Assembly: GCA_965202665.1 (NCBI GenBank)
Contig: OZ241841.1
Span: 960,001 to 1,024,000, forward strand
DNA: 64,000 nucleotides
Source: Candidatus Spongiisociaceae bacterium
Lineage (GTDB): Bacteria; Actinomycetota; Acidimicrobiia; Spongiisociales; Spongiisociaceae
Direction of reading: 5' to 3'
Shown here: one piece after another, positions 1-9,700 of the stretch
Layout of the letters: every line of letters begins with the position of its first letter
How positions within the stretch are numbered: position 1 is the first letter of the stretch
Translations under genes and position numbers: made by a program
Notes under the pieces: generated by a model
Told to the model about the DNA's origin: nothing
The model's input: only the letters and a program-made list of their open reading frames with translations
The model's database searches: none

Positions 1-2
1 AC

Positions 3-293
3 GGAATCGGGTTGCCGGTCCATTTGGGGTTGCCGGGGGTGGCGGAGCGGCTGAAACTGATCAGCATTTCCACCCGCATCGGGGTGGGGCAGTCGGTGCG
101 GTTCCTGTCCAAACATCGGGGCCTGGTCAGGCGGTTCCTGAAACCGAAGGGTTACACCCCGGATCCCTTGTTGGAGGGCTTGGCCCCGGTGTTGCTCGAC
201 CCGCAGACAATGGTGCAAGGGACGCACATTTACACTTTCAACCAGTGCGAAACCACCGAACGGTGGCGGACGGAGTACCTGGAATCCCTGTAA
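3..293 (+). CDS. Methylenetetrahydrofolate reductase-like protein, C-terminal part (5' end outside window)
   Basis: Frame is open from the window edge. GIGLPVHLGLPG...IGVGQSVRFL...GTHIYTFNQ resembles the C-terminus of MetF/MTHFR-family proteins. Lies next to folate gene pabB. Confidence 0.65.
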   Translation, partial: GIGLPVHLGLPGVAERLKLISISTRIGVGQSVRFLSKHRGLVRRFLKPKGYTPDPLLEGLAPVLLDPQTMVQGTHIYTFNQCETTERWRTEYLESL

Positions 294-314
294 CCGGGCG
301 GGTAGATTGAAACG

Positions 315-2069
315 ATGGAAGGCGTAACCGCCCGATTCGACGACCTGCGGAACGGCGGGCGGGGCGGCTTGGAGTTGCTGGACCCGCAACAGGTCCTGAC
401 CGCCTCTTCGTTGACGGAAGTGCGAGGGGCGGCGGCCGCGGCGCAGGCGGCGGCGGAGGCGGGCCGGTGGGTAGCCGGGTTCGTGTCCTACGAGGCGGCC
501 CCCGCTTTCGATGCGGCCCTGCCGGTGCGCCCTCCCCGGCCCGGCCTGCCTTTGGCCTGGTTTGCGGTTTTCGGATCGGCCCGCCCCGCCCCCCTCCCCC
601 CGGGCGGCCCCTGCCGCACGCCGGATTGGGAGCCGGAACTGGACTTCCCCGCCTACCGCGCCCGCATCGAAGCCATCGCCGACCGGATAGCGGCCGGCGA
701 CACCTACCAAACCAATTTCACGATGCGGTGGCGGGGGCGGGTGGAAGGCGACCTCCGTTCGTTCTACCGCCGCCTGGCCGCGGGGCAACGGGGCGGGTAC
801 AACGCTTTGCTGACCACCGGCCGGTGGGCGGTGGTTTCCGCCTCCCCGGAACTGTTTTTCCGCCGGGAGGGACGGCGGGTGGTGACCCGTCCCATGAAAG
901 GCACCATCCCCCGCGGCCGATGGGAGGGGGAGGACCGCAATCACCGGGAACGATTGCTGTCCTCCGGCAAGGACCGGGCGGAAAACGTGATGGTGGTGGA
1001 CCTGGTGCGCAACGACTTGGGGAGGGCGGCCCGGTTCGGAACGGTGGCGGTGGAGGAACTGTTCGGGATCGAACGTTTGGAAACGGTGTGGCAGATGACT
1101 TCCACGGTGGCCGCCGAAACCCGTCCCGGAACGGGTTTGGACGACCTGTTGGCGGCCATGTTTCCCTGCGCCTCGGTGACCGGGGCGCCCAAACGGGCCG
1201 CCATGGAACTCATCCGCTCCTTGGAAGTTTCCCCCCGGGGGGTGTACTGCGGGGCGGTCGGGCTGTTGCCGCCCCCCGGTTCGGGATGGCCCGCCGCCCG
1301 GTTTTCGGTGGCTATCCGCACCGCCTTGGTGGACCTGGCCGACCGGTCGGCCGAATACGGGGCGGGCGGGGGAATAGTGCACGAGTCCACCGCCGCCGGT
1401 GAATACGCCGAGGCGCTGGCCAAAACCCGGGTGCTGACCGCCCGCCGCCCGCCGGTGACCCTGCTGGAAACCATGCGCTGGGATCCGGGAACCGGGATCT
1501 GGCTGGGCGAACGTCATCTGAACCGAATGCGCTCCTCCGCCCGCTACTTCGGCTTCCCCCTGCCGGAAGCGGAAATCGCCGACCGGTTGCGGGAGTTGGA
1601 CGAGGCCGGTTCGGCGGTTCCGTTGCGGGTGCGGTTGCTGGCGGCGGAAGACGGGCGGACTTCGCTGGAATGGTCCCCCATCGTTCCCGGCCCGGCGGTG
1701 GTGGGCTTGGCGGTGGACGACCGGCCCATCGACCGCGCCGATCGCCTGCGCTATCACAAGACCTCCCGCAGGCGGGCCTACCAGGAGGCGGCCGCCCGTC
1801 ATCCGGCCGCCGACGACGTAATCCTGGTCAACGAACGGCGGGAAGCGGTGGAGACGACCGTCGCCAATCTGGCCGCCCGCGTGGAAGACGAATGGCTGAC
1901 CCCTCCTTTGGACGCCGGGTGCCTGCCCGGAACCTACCGGGAGGAACTGATCGACGGGGGGGCGTTGCGCGAACATCCCCTGTTCGTCGCCGACTTGGCC
2001 GACGCCGACGAGTTGGCGGTCGTTAATTCCGTGCACGGCTGGCGCCCCGCCAAGCTGACCTACGCCTGA
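315..2069 (+). CDS. pabB: Aminodeoxychorismate synthase component I fused to a class IV aminotransferase (PabC-like) domain
   Basis: Chorismate-binding motifs GDTYQTN, SPELFF, PMKGT, KDRAENVMVVDLVRNDL, SVTGAPK, YCGAVG, GAGGGI. C-terminal LLETMR...HLNRM...HKT...ETTVAN...GCLPG lyase domain. TAGATT -10 at 303-308 suggests a leaderless start. Confidence 0.9.
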   Translation: MEGVTARFDDLRNGGRGGLELLDPQQVLTASSLTEVRGAAAAAQAAAEAGRWVAGFVSYEAAPAFDAALPVRPPRPGLPLAWFAVFGSARPAPLPPGGPCRTPDWEPELDFPAYRARIEAIADRIAAGDTYQTNFTMRWRGRVEGDLRSFYRRLAAGQRGGYNALLTTGRWAVVSASPELFFRREGRRVVTRPMKGTIPRGRWEGEDRNHRERLLSSGKDRAENVMVVDLVRNDLGRAARFGTVAVEELFGIERLETVWQMTSTVAAETRPGTGLDDLLAAMFPCASVTGAPKRAAMELIRSLEVSPRGVYCGAVGLLPPPGSGWPAARFSVAIRTALVDLADRSAEYGAGGGIVHESTAAGEYAEALAKTRVLTARRPPVTLLETMRWDPGTGIWLGERHLNRMRSSARYFGFPLPEAEIADRLRELDEAGSAVPLRVRLLAAEDGRTSLEWSPIVPGPAVVGLAVDDRPIDRADRLRYHKTSRRRAYQEAAARHPAADDVILVNERREAVETTVANLAARVEDEWLTPPLDAGCLPGTYREELIDGGALREHPLFVADLADADELAVVNSVHGWRPAKLTYA

Positions 2070-3376
2070 CTTTCCAAAGGCAGGGCCGGTTGGTCCATTT
2101 CCGGCAAACCCGGCCCCCATAATCCGGCGATCGGGACGGCGTAAATGCCTTCATAGATCCGATATTGGTTGCGTCCGGCGTGAAACACCACCGCTCCGTC
2201 GAACCGCTCCCCCGCCACTTCGTCCCGAAACCAGAGCAAATGGCGGGCGTCGTCCCGGTCCGGTTCCCGTCCGGCCTTGAACTCAAAGGCGATCAGCTTC
2301 TGGCCGCGTTCGGCCACCATGTCTATCTCGCGTTCCCCATTGCGGACGCGGAGGTGGTAGAGGCTGACGGCGGCTTCGGAAACATCCGCTTCCACTCGCA
2401 ACTGGGCGGCTATGAACGTGTCGACAAAGCGACCGAGCAAATCGTCGTTGCCGTAGATGTCGTCCACGGTCAGCCCGACCGCGGCGGCCGCCAAACCGGG
2501 ATCGACGAAATACCGTTTCGCCTGTTCCGTCATCAGACGTCGCCCGAGACTGCCCGCCCAGGGGGGAACTTCGTCGACGATGCCCATGGCGGTAAGCACC
2601 TCCAAGTAACCGTTGGCGGTGCGCGTCCCCAGGCCGTCGATCGGCCTCATGATGGTCTGGTGCGGAACCACCCCGGCGGTGTTGAGGGCGTAGGACTTGA
2701 GATACTGGCCGAACCGCCGCGGTTCCCGATTACGGCCGCGCGGGGCGTCGTATAACGGAAGATCGCGGCTGACGATCATATCAACATACGATTTGAGCCG
2801 CCGCCTCCGTTGCCGTTCGTCGTCTATGGCGGCTACATCCGGCAAGCCGCCCGCCAAGGCAATCTGCAGATACTCCCGCAAGGTGGGGACCGGGTCGGGG
2901 AGGCTGAACCTGGCATCCTCGTCATCCCACCGGTCGAAGAGGGAGACCGCCGTCGCCGAACCGCAAACTTCGCGCCCTGTCAGTCCCCGCATACGAAGAT
3001 GGATCGCCCGGCCGGTGAGCGGCCATTGGTCGGTGAACAGGTCGTTGCGAGTTGAGCCGGTAATGATGTAGCGGCCCGCTCCCCGCTCCTCGTCTATTTT
3101 GCGCTTCACCGCCCAGAGAACCTCCGGTTGTATCTGCCACTCGTCGATGAGCAACGGCGGCGCGTTGGTCACGGCCCCGGTCGGATCGGTCTCAACCAGG
3201 GTGAGATCCCCCGGATCGTCGAGGAGGAGACGGGAATTTGCGTGCGCGGAACCGGTACTGGTCTTGCCCACTCCCCGCGGACCGGTGATAATCACCGCCG
3301 GATGCCATTTGAGAACATCGGTGAGAACATTGTCCAGTATGCGGGGAATGTACGCGGCATCGGCCATGTCATCCAT
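2060..3376 (-). CDS. AAA+ ATPase (AAA_14) with DUF4143 and C-terminal PD-(D/E)xK-like domain
   Basis: Walker A GPRGVGKT, Walker B LLIDEWQ, YIITGS, LTGR, GGLP, KRYFVDPGLA, EIDMVAE...AFEFK. Start is either 3376 or 3367. Confidence 0.85.
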   Translation of the reverse strand: MDDMADAAYIPRILDNVLTDVLKWHPAVIITGPRGVGKTSTGSAHANSRLLLDDPGDLTLVETDPTGAVTNAPPLLIDEWQIQPEVLWAVKRKIDEERGAGRYIITGSTRNDLFTDQWPLTGRAIHLRMRGLTGREVCGSATAVSLFDRWDDEDARFSLPDPVPTLREYLQIALAGGLPDVAAIDDERQRRRRLKSYVDMIVSRDLPLYDAPRGRNREPRRFGQYLKSYALNTAGVVPHQTIMRPIDGLGTRTANGYLEVLTAMGIVDEVPPWAGSLGRRLMTEQAKRYFVDPGLAAAAVGLTVDDIYGNDDLLGRFVDTFIAAQLRVEADVSEAAVSLYHLRVRNGEREIDMVAERGQKLIAFEFKAGREPDRDDARHLLWFRDEVAGERFDGAVVFHAGRNQYRIYEGIYAVPIAGLWGPGLPEMDQPALPLESQA

Positions 3377-3407
3377 CCTAAGGGCTCGCTTTTTAGGATA
3401 CTTGCCA

Positions 3408-3527
3408 CCCCATTATAACACCAAACGCAACCCCATTACAACACCAAACGCAACCCCATTACAACACCAAACGCAACCCCATTACAACACCAAATACAAC
3501 CCCATTACAACACCAAACGCAACCCCA
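3408..3527. repeat. Tandem repeat: 5 copies plus a partial copy of 23-bp CCCCATTACAACACCAAACGCAA
   Basis: Units start at 3408, 3431, 3454, 3477 and 3500. Copy 1 has one C>T change and copy 4 has CG>TA. No spacers. Confidence 0.95.
3412..3420 (-). promoter_or_regulatory. Extended -10 element TGTTATAAT for the AAA/DUF4143 gene
   Basis: Reverse complement of attataaca is TGnTATAAT, about 35 nt upstream of the start codon. Confidence 0.6.
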
Positions 3528-3549
3528 CCAGCGACCCGATGCCTAGGAG

Positions 3550-4209
3550 TCATCCAACTATGAGAACGGTCGCGGTTATCAGAAATAACGCAAACAGGAG
3601 GGATCCCAGACAACCGAGACGTTTGCGAGGGCGAGGGGCCTGGTCGGGTGCGGGAGCAACAGGCGGCGGCTGGTGCTCCCGCAGGACTTCACCGGTGATT
3701 TCGGTAAGTTCGCGCTGTTCGGCCCGGGCGGCCGCCGCCTGTTGCCTAAGCCGGTCCAGTTCCCGCCTCCCGGCTTCGTCCAACCAGCGGCGATCCACCT
3801 TGCCCAACTCAATCGCGGCCCGCGCCGGGTCCAACCGCCCCAAGGCGTCGCCCGCGGCCTGCATGCGCAGTTGCGCCGAACTCCGATTGCGTTCCCGACG
3901 AAGCCGCGCCCCGTCCAAGTGCACTCGCGCTCCCCGTTGCAGTTCGGGGGCGAGCAGTCGCAGCAACAGGTCGGTGGCCGGGTCGTCCGCCAACGCCAGC
4001 AACCCCTCGTAATGGTCGGCGCGGGCCAGCGACTGTATCCGCCCCGCCAACTGCCCGGCCTGTTGGGCGGCTTCCTCCCGGGCGATCTTGATTTTCGCCA
4101 GAAGTTGAGCGCGCACCGCCGGCTCGCACCCTTTGGCGTGGGCGAGGGCGCCTTCAAAATCAAGCCCTTCCAGGGCCTGTTCGAATTCTGGGCCGGCGGC
4201 ATCGGACAT
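3550..4209 (-). CDS. Hypothetical helical protein with a C-terminal transmembrane anchor
   Basis: 219-aa Ala/Arg/Leu-rich helical ORF with a Pro linker and hydrophobic C-terminus (LGCLGSLLFALFLITATVLIVG). Confidence 0.65.
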   Translation of the reverse strand: MSDAAGPEFEQALEGLDFEGALAHAKGCEPAVRAQLLAKIKIAREEAAQQAGQLAGRIQSLARADHYEGLLALADDPATDLLLRLLAPELQRGARVHLDGARLRRERNRSSAQLRMQAAGDALGRLDPARAAIELGKVDRRWLDEAGRRELDRLRQQAAAARAEQRELTEITGEVLREHQPPPVAPAPDQAPRPRKRLGCLGSLLFALFLITATVLIVG

Positions 4210-4310
4210 GACCCGCCCAGGTTACCCCCTTCCCTCCCCCGCTCTGTCCGCCGGAGCGGCTAGACTGCGGCGCGCATCGCTAATCGGATAGTTCATCTTG
4301 GGAGGAGCCC

Positions 4311-4808
4311 ATGAGTCAACCAGCCAGCCCCGCCGCCATGACCGGATGGGTTACTTTGGGCAACGGCGAACAAAAAGAGCTGGCCGGCATGGGAAGCAGG
4401 CTGGGCGCCCGGATCATCGATTGGATACTGGTGGTGGTCGCGTCGGTGATCGTGCTGATCGTCCTTTTCGGAGGGCTGGGACGTACCGAGAGGGGTTTTT
4501 TTGCGGCCCTTTTTCTAAGCCTGCTGGTAATAGCGGCCATAGTTCTGCTTTATGAGTGGACGATGATCGCCGTCTTGGGGCAGACTTTGGGCAAGAAGTG
4601 GACCGGGGTGAAAGTGGTCCGGGCGGACAACGGCGCCGTTCCGGGATGGGGCAAGTCGTTCGTTCGGTGGCTCATCCCCGGGCTGGTCAACATAATTCCA
4701 GTTGTCGGCAATATCGCCTTCCTCTTGGTCTACCTGTCCCCGGTGTTCTCCAAAACGCGCCAAGGTTGGCACGATATGGCCGCCGCCACCGTGGTGGTGA
4801 AATCCTGA
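4311..4808 (+). CDS. RDD family membrane protein
   Basis: RLGARIID, GQTLGKKWTGVKVV, RQGWHDMAAATVVV; RBS GGAGGAG. Confidence 0.9.
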   Translation: MSQPASPAAMTGWVTLGNGEQKELAGMGSRLGARIIDWILVVVASVIVLIVLFGGLGRTERGFFAALFLSLLVIAAIVLLYEWTMIAVLGQTLGKKWTGVKVVRADNGAVPGWGKSFVRWLIPGLVNIIPVVGNIAFLLVYLSPVFSKTRQGWHDMAAATVVVKS

Positions 4809-4844
4809 ACCGGGCAACTTCCGCTCTTTTCCCAGGGGGCCGCG

Positions 4845-6116
4845 TTGGCCGCTGAGGGTTCCCCTAATCCGATTATCCCGTCCGGCCTGACCGGCTGGAC
4901 CACTTTGGGCAACGGCGACCGCCGGCCTTTGGCCGGTTTTGACCGCCGGCTGGGGGCCAGGGCGGTTGACTGGGCGCTGGCGGGACTGGTCGCTTACCTG
5001 CTGTGGCGGGCTTTCGCCGCCGGGGACCGGGGGTGGTTCGCGGGCCTGTTTTTCCTGGCCCTTATTTTCTGGCTGGTCGGCATCTTGTACGAGGTTACGT
5101 TGACCGCCCTCAGCGGGCAGACGGTGGGCAAAATGCTGTTCGGGGCGAAAGTGGTGCGGGCCGACAACGGCCGGGCCCCGGGATGGTGGAAGTCCTTCGC
5201 CCGGCACCTGACCCTCAACGTTCTGAACCTCCTGCCGGCGCTGGGCAACTTGGCGACCCTGCTCATACACCTCTCCCCCGCTTTCTCCAACACCCTGCAA
5301 GGTTTGCACGACCGGACGGCGGCCACCGTGGTGATAAACACCCGGCCCAAAGGCGGGGAGGAACCCGACGGGGACCTTTTCGGGGCGGCTTCCCACGCTC
5401 CGGCTGCCATGACCGGCGCGGTGGTTTTAGGCAACCGCCAACAGCGTCGTCTAGCCGGACTGGGCCGTCGCTTGAGCGCCCGCGTCATTGACTTAGTACT
5501 GATGCTGTTGGTAGCCGCCCTGCTGTTGGTTTTGTGGTTCACCCGCTCCCTCAACAACATTCAGACGGTTATCCAAGACGCCCTCGACCAGCTGTCCAAC
5601 TCCCTGCAAAGCGCCGTCGATTCACTGGGCGACTTGGGCGACATCCGGGACGCCGATTCCGTCGGCGACACGCTCCGCGCCCTGTGGAATTCGGTTCAAC
5701 AAATGTGGAACCTGTTCGTGCAGAGCGTAAACGATGTTTTGTCCGCTTTCCTGACCGCGTTGCGCCAACTGCTGACCACCATCATCTGGATTATCATCAC
5801 CGCCGTCCTGTATCAGATAGTCATGATCGCCCTTTTGGGCTGGACGGTGGGCAAACTGGCGGTGGGCGTCAGGGTGGTGCGGGTGGACAACGGCCGCGCC
5901 CCCGGATTCGTCAAGTCCATCATCCGCTACCTGGTCATCAACCTTCCGTTCCTCTCCTGGCTGGTGCAACTGTCGCCCGTCTTCTACGATGGCCGCCAAG
6001 GATGGCACGACCGGGCCGCCTCCACTATCGTGGTAAGGCGCCTCAAACAGAAACCCAAAAACAAAAAAGACCAGCGGAACATTTCCGAATCCGAGGAAGG
6101 AAAAACAAATGACTGA
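4845..6116 (+). CDS. RDD family protein with two RDD domains
   Basis: Two copies of R..AR..D / G.T.GK...G..VVR.DNG / QG.HD..A.T.V. The second domain has an amphipathic helical insertion. TTG start is uncertain. Confidence 0.85.
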   Translation: MAAEGSPNPIIPSGLTGWTTLGNGDRRPLAGFDRRLGARAVDWALAGLVAYLLWRAFAAGDRGWFAGLFFLALIFWLVGILYEVTLTALSGQTVGKMLFGAKVVRADNGRAPGWWKSFARHLTLNVLNLLPALGNLATLLIHLSPAFSNTLQGLHDRTAATVVINTRPKGGEEPDGDLFGAASHAPAAMTGAVVLGNRQQRRLAGLGRRLSARVIDLVLMLLVAALLLVLWFTRSLNNIQTVIQDALDQLSNSLQSAVDSLGDLGDIRDADSVGDTLRALWNSVQQMWNLFVQSVNDVLSAFLTALRQLLTTIIWIIITAVLYQIVMIALLGWTVGKLAVGVRVVRVDNGRAPGFVKSIIRYLVINLPFLSWLVQLSPVFYDGRQGWHDRAASTIVVRRLKQKPKNKKDQRNISESEEGKTND

Positions 6117-6660
6117 CGCATCCGCCAGCCCGTCCCGACCCCAAGCCCAAGGCGGGATGGTTACCCTAGCCAACGGCCAAACCCGGCAACTGGCCGGCAT
6201 GTGGTTCCGCTTGTTGGCCCGTATCATCGACTGGATCATCGCCGGAGCGTTAGTGACGATCCTGTTTGCCATCGGCTTCCTCGGCGAGGCGGGAAACGAG
6301 GACTTCTGGAACGCGTTCGTCAACACGGAAAACGGGCAGACCTGGCGGGTAATACTGTTCGGACTGCTCTACGAAGTGTTGCTGATCGGCCTCCTGGGCC
6401 GTACCGTCGGAAAGATGGTTATGGGCATCAAAGTGGTGAAGGTCAGCAACGGCCATGTCCCTTGGCTGATCAAAGGATTCATCCGCTGGGCGATACTGGT
6501 CGGCATTCTGGCGATAGTCTCCCGCGCGGGCGGCGTTCTCGCTTCGCTGACCGGACTTGCCTACCTGCTGATTTACCTGTCGCCGTTGTTCAACAGGGCC
6601 CGCCAAGGCTGGCACGACATGCTGGCCTCCACCGTGGTAATCAAAACCCGCTCCGAATAG
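6109..6660 (+). CDS. RDD family membrane protein
   Basis: RLLARIID, GRTVGKMVMGIKVV, RQGWHDMLASTVVI; overlaps the upstream stop. Confidence 0.9.
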   Translation: MTDASASPSRPQAQGGMVTLANGQTRQLAGMWFRLLARIIDWIIAGALVTILFAIGFLGEAGNEDFWNAFVNTENGQTWRVILFGLLYEVLLIGLLGRTVGKMVMGIKVVKVSNGHVPWLIKGFIRWAILVGILAIVSRAGGVLASLTGLAYLLIYLSPLFNRARQGWHDMLASTVVIKTRSE

Positions 6661-6793
6661 CCAACCGCGAAACCCGGCGCCGGCGTCAGCCAGGCGGCCA
6701 GGCGCCTACCAAGTTTAAAACGGAGCACCGGTCCCGGCCGTAGCCGTATTCCCGATCGTTCTCAAAAGCGCGCGGCCGCGACCGCGGGTTTCG

Positions 6794-9700
6794 TCAGCTG
6801 CAGCCGGTGGTGTCGCCGCAGGTCAGGCAGACGAAGCAGGAGCCGTTGCGAATAGTCATATGGCCGCAGGTGGAACAAACGGGGGCGTCCCCCATCATGG
6901 TTCCGGTGTCCATCTGCCGGACAATCCGGGCCTCCGCCGCCCCGCCCGCCGCAAACCGGGATGCCGCAACCGGGACAACCTCCCCTTTCGCGTGTACGTG
7001 CGGGACAGATAGAGGGTTGTTTGCGCCGGGGTTTGGGCCGGCCGGGTTTTTAGCGCGGTAGGCCGCCTCCAACGGAGCGGGAGGAGGTTCTTCTTCGGCT
7101 CCGTCCGCAAAACGGGCGGCGACCGTCTGGGCGTCGATGTCCGACTCTTTGGCCGCCTCCGCCAGTTCCATCTGCGTGCCCGCCTCGGTCACCACCCCTT
7201 TCGGCAACCCGGGGAGTTCCTGTTGCCGGTCGGGGGGGACCTGCGCCAAATCATCCCAATGCAGATACTCCACCCCCAACGCCCGGAACACGTAATCAAT
7301 GATGGAACTGGCCATTTTGATGTTGGAATGGCCTTCCACGATTCCCCGCGGCTCGAACATCTGATGGGCGAAAGTGTTCACGAATTCTTCCAGCGGCACC
7401 CCGTACTGCAACCCTTTGCTGACCGCGATGGCGAAACAGCCCAGCACCCCCCGCAGGGTGGCCCCTTCTTTGGCCAAATCCAAAAACACCTCCCCCAGGG
7501 TTCCGTCCTCGTATTCCCCGGTGCGCAGATACACCTTGTACCCCCCGATGCGGGCCTCCTGCGTCCAACCGCCCCGGCGGGCGGGCAACAGGAACCGGGG
7601 ACGGGGATAACTGGTGTAGGCTTTGGTGGGGGAAACGCCCTCCGGAAACTGGCCCAGGAACATGGCCGCCTCCCCGGCCAAAACCTCCTCCGCTTCGTCC
7701 GGCAACTCTTCGGATTCCCCATCGCTGGAGGAGGCGGACAGCGGCTGGGAGGCTTTGGATCCGTCCCGGTAGAGGGCCATCGCCTTCACCCCCATGCGCC
7801 ACGACATCAGATAGGCTTCGGACACATCCTCGGGCGTCGCCTCGTGGGGCATGTTGATGGTTTTGGAGATGGCCCCGGAAATGAAAGGCTGGGCGGCGGC
7901 CATCATTTTGATGTGCCCGGTGTGGTGGATGAACCGGGTTCCGTAGCGTCCGTTGCGGTTGGCGCAGTCGAACACCGCCTGGTGCTCCTCCCGCAGATAG
8001 GGGGCCCCTTCCATGGTCTGATGCCCGCACACCCGGTCGTTGGCGGCCTTAATCTGCTCCCCGGTGAACCCCAGCGCCGACAGCAGATCGAACCCGGGAG
8101 CGGAATATTCGGCCTCGTCCAACCCCAGCCGTTCCATCGCCTCCGCCCCCAAAGTGAACGCGTTGCAGGCGTTGTCCAAGCCGAAGGCCCCCGGCAGGGC
8201 TTTCTCAATCCGCCCCAGGTCGTCGGCGGTCAAACCTTTGGCGGCCAAAGTCTCATGGTTGACGTAGGGGGCGCCCGCCAAAGTGGAAGAACCCACCACA
8301 TAGGTGAGTATCTCCCCGATTTGGGTTTCGTCGTAGCCGAGGCGGCGCAAAGCGGGGGAGATGGACTGGTTGGCTATCTTGAAATACCCTCCCCCGGCCA
8401 GTTTCTTGAATTTGACCAAGGCGAAGTCGGGTTCCACGCCGGTGGTGTCGCAGTCCATCACCAGCCCGATGGTGCCGGTGGGGGCCAGCACGGTGGCCTG
8501 GGCGTTGCGGTAGCCGTGGCGCTGCCCCAACTCCAAAGCCCGACCCCAGGCCCGCCGGGCCGCCTCCAGCAGATAAGACGGGCAAACCGCCGCGTCCAAC
8601 CCGGACACCTGCGCGGTCACCCCCTCGTAGTCGGAGGAGTCGTAGGCGGCCCGGCGGTGGTTGCGAATCACCCGCAACATCGCCTCCCGGTTCTCGGCGA
8701 ATTTGGAGAACGGCCCCCGCACCGCGGCCATCTCCGCCGAAGCGGCGTAGGCCTCGCCGGTGAGTATCGCCGTCAAAGCCCCGGCCGCGGCCCGCCCCTC
8801 GTCGGAGTCGTAGGCGATCCCGGAACGCATCAGCAGGCTCCCCAAGTTGGCGTAGCCCAGCCCCAAAGTCCGGTAATCGTAAGACCCCCGGGCGATGGGC
8901 GGGGACGGGAAATGGGCCATCGTCACCGAAATCTCCAGCACGATGGTCCACATTCGGATGGCGTGCCGGTAGGACTCCACATCGAACACCCCGGTCTCGG
9001 GGTCCCAGAAGGACACCAGGTTGATGCTGGCCAGGTTGCAGGCGGTGTCGTCCAAAAACATATACTCCGAACAGGGGTTGGAGGCCCGAATCTCCCCCCC
9101 GGCGGGGGCGGTGTTCCATTCGTTGATGGTGGTGTGGTACTGCATCCCCGGGTCGGCGCACGACCAAGCGGCCTCGGCGATCCGGTTCCACAAATCCCGG
9201 GCTTTCACCGTGCGACGCACCTTCCCATCCACCCGGTTGGTCAGCCGCCACTCCCCGTCTTCCTTCACCGCCTCCAGGAACTCGTCGGTGACTCGCACCG
9301 AATTGTTGGAGTTCTGGCCGGACACGGTGGCGTAGGCCTCCCCGTTGAAATCAGCCGGGAACCCGCCGTGTTCTATAAGCAACCGGGCCTTGTCTTCCTC
9401 ATCTTTCTTCCAGGCGATGAAAGCCTCAATGTCGGGATGGTCCACGTCCAAGATGACCATCTTGGCCGCCCGCCGGGTGGTGCCGCCCGATTTGATGGCC
9501 CCCGCCGCCCGATCGCCGATCTTCAGGAAGGACATCAACCCGGAGGAGCGTCCGCCGCCCGCCAGCGGCTCCCCTTCCGCCCGCAGGCTGGAAAAGTTGG
9601 AGCCGGTGCCGGAACCCATTTTGAACAGGCGGGCCTCCCGCACCCACAGGTCCATTATCCCCCCTTCGTTGACCAGATCGTCGGCCACCGACTGGATGAA

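Noticed and set aside
3408-3527. CRISPR array
   Set aside because: The repeats are head-to-tail with no unique spacers, and there are no cas genes in the window.
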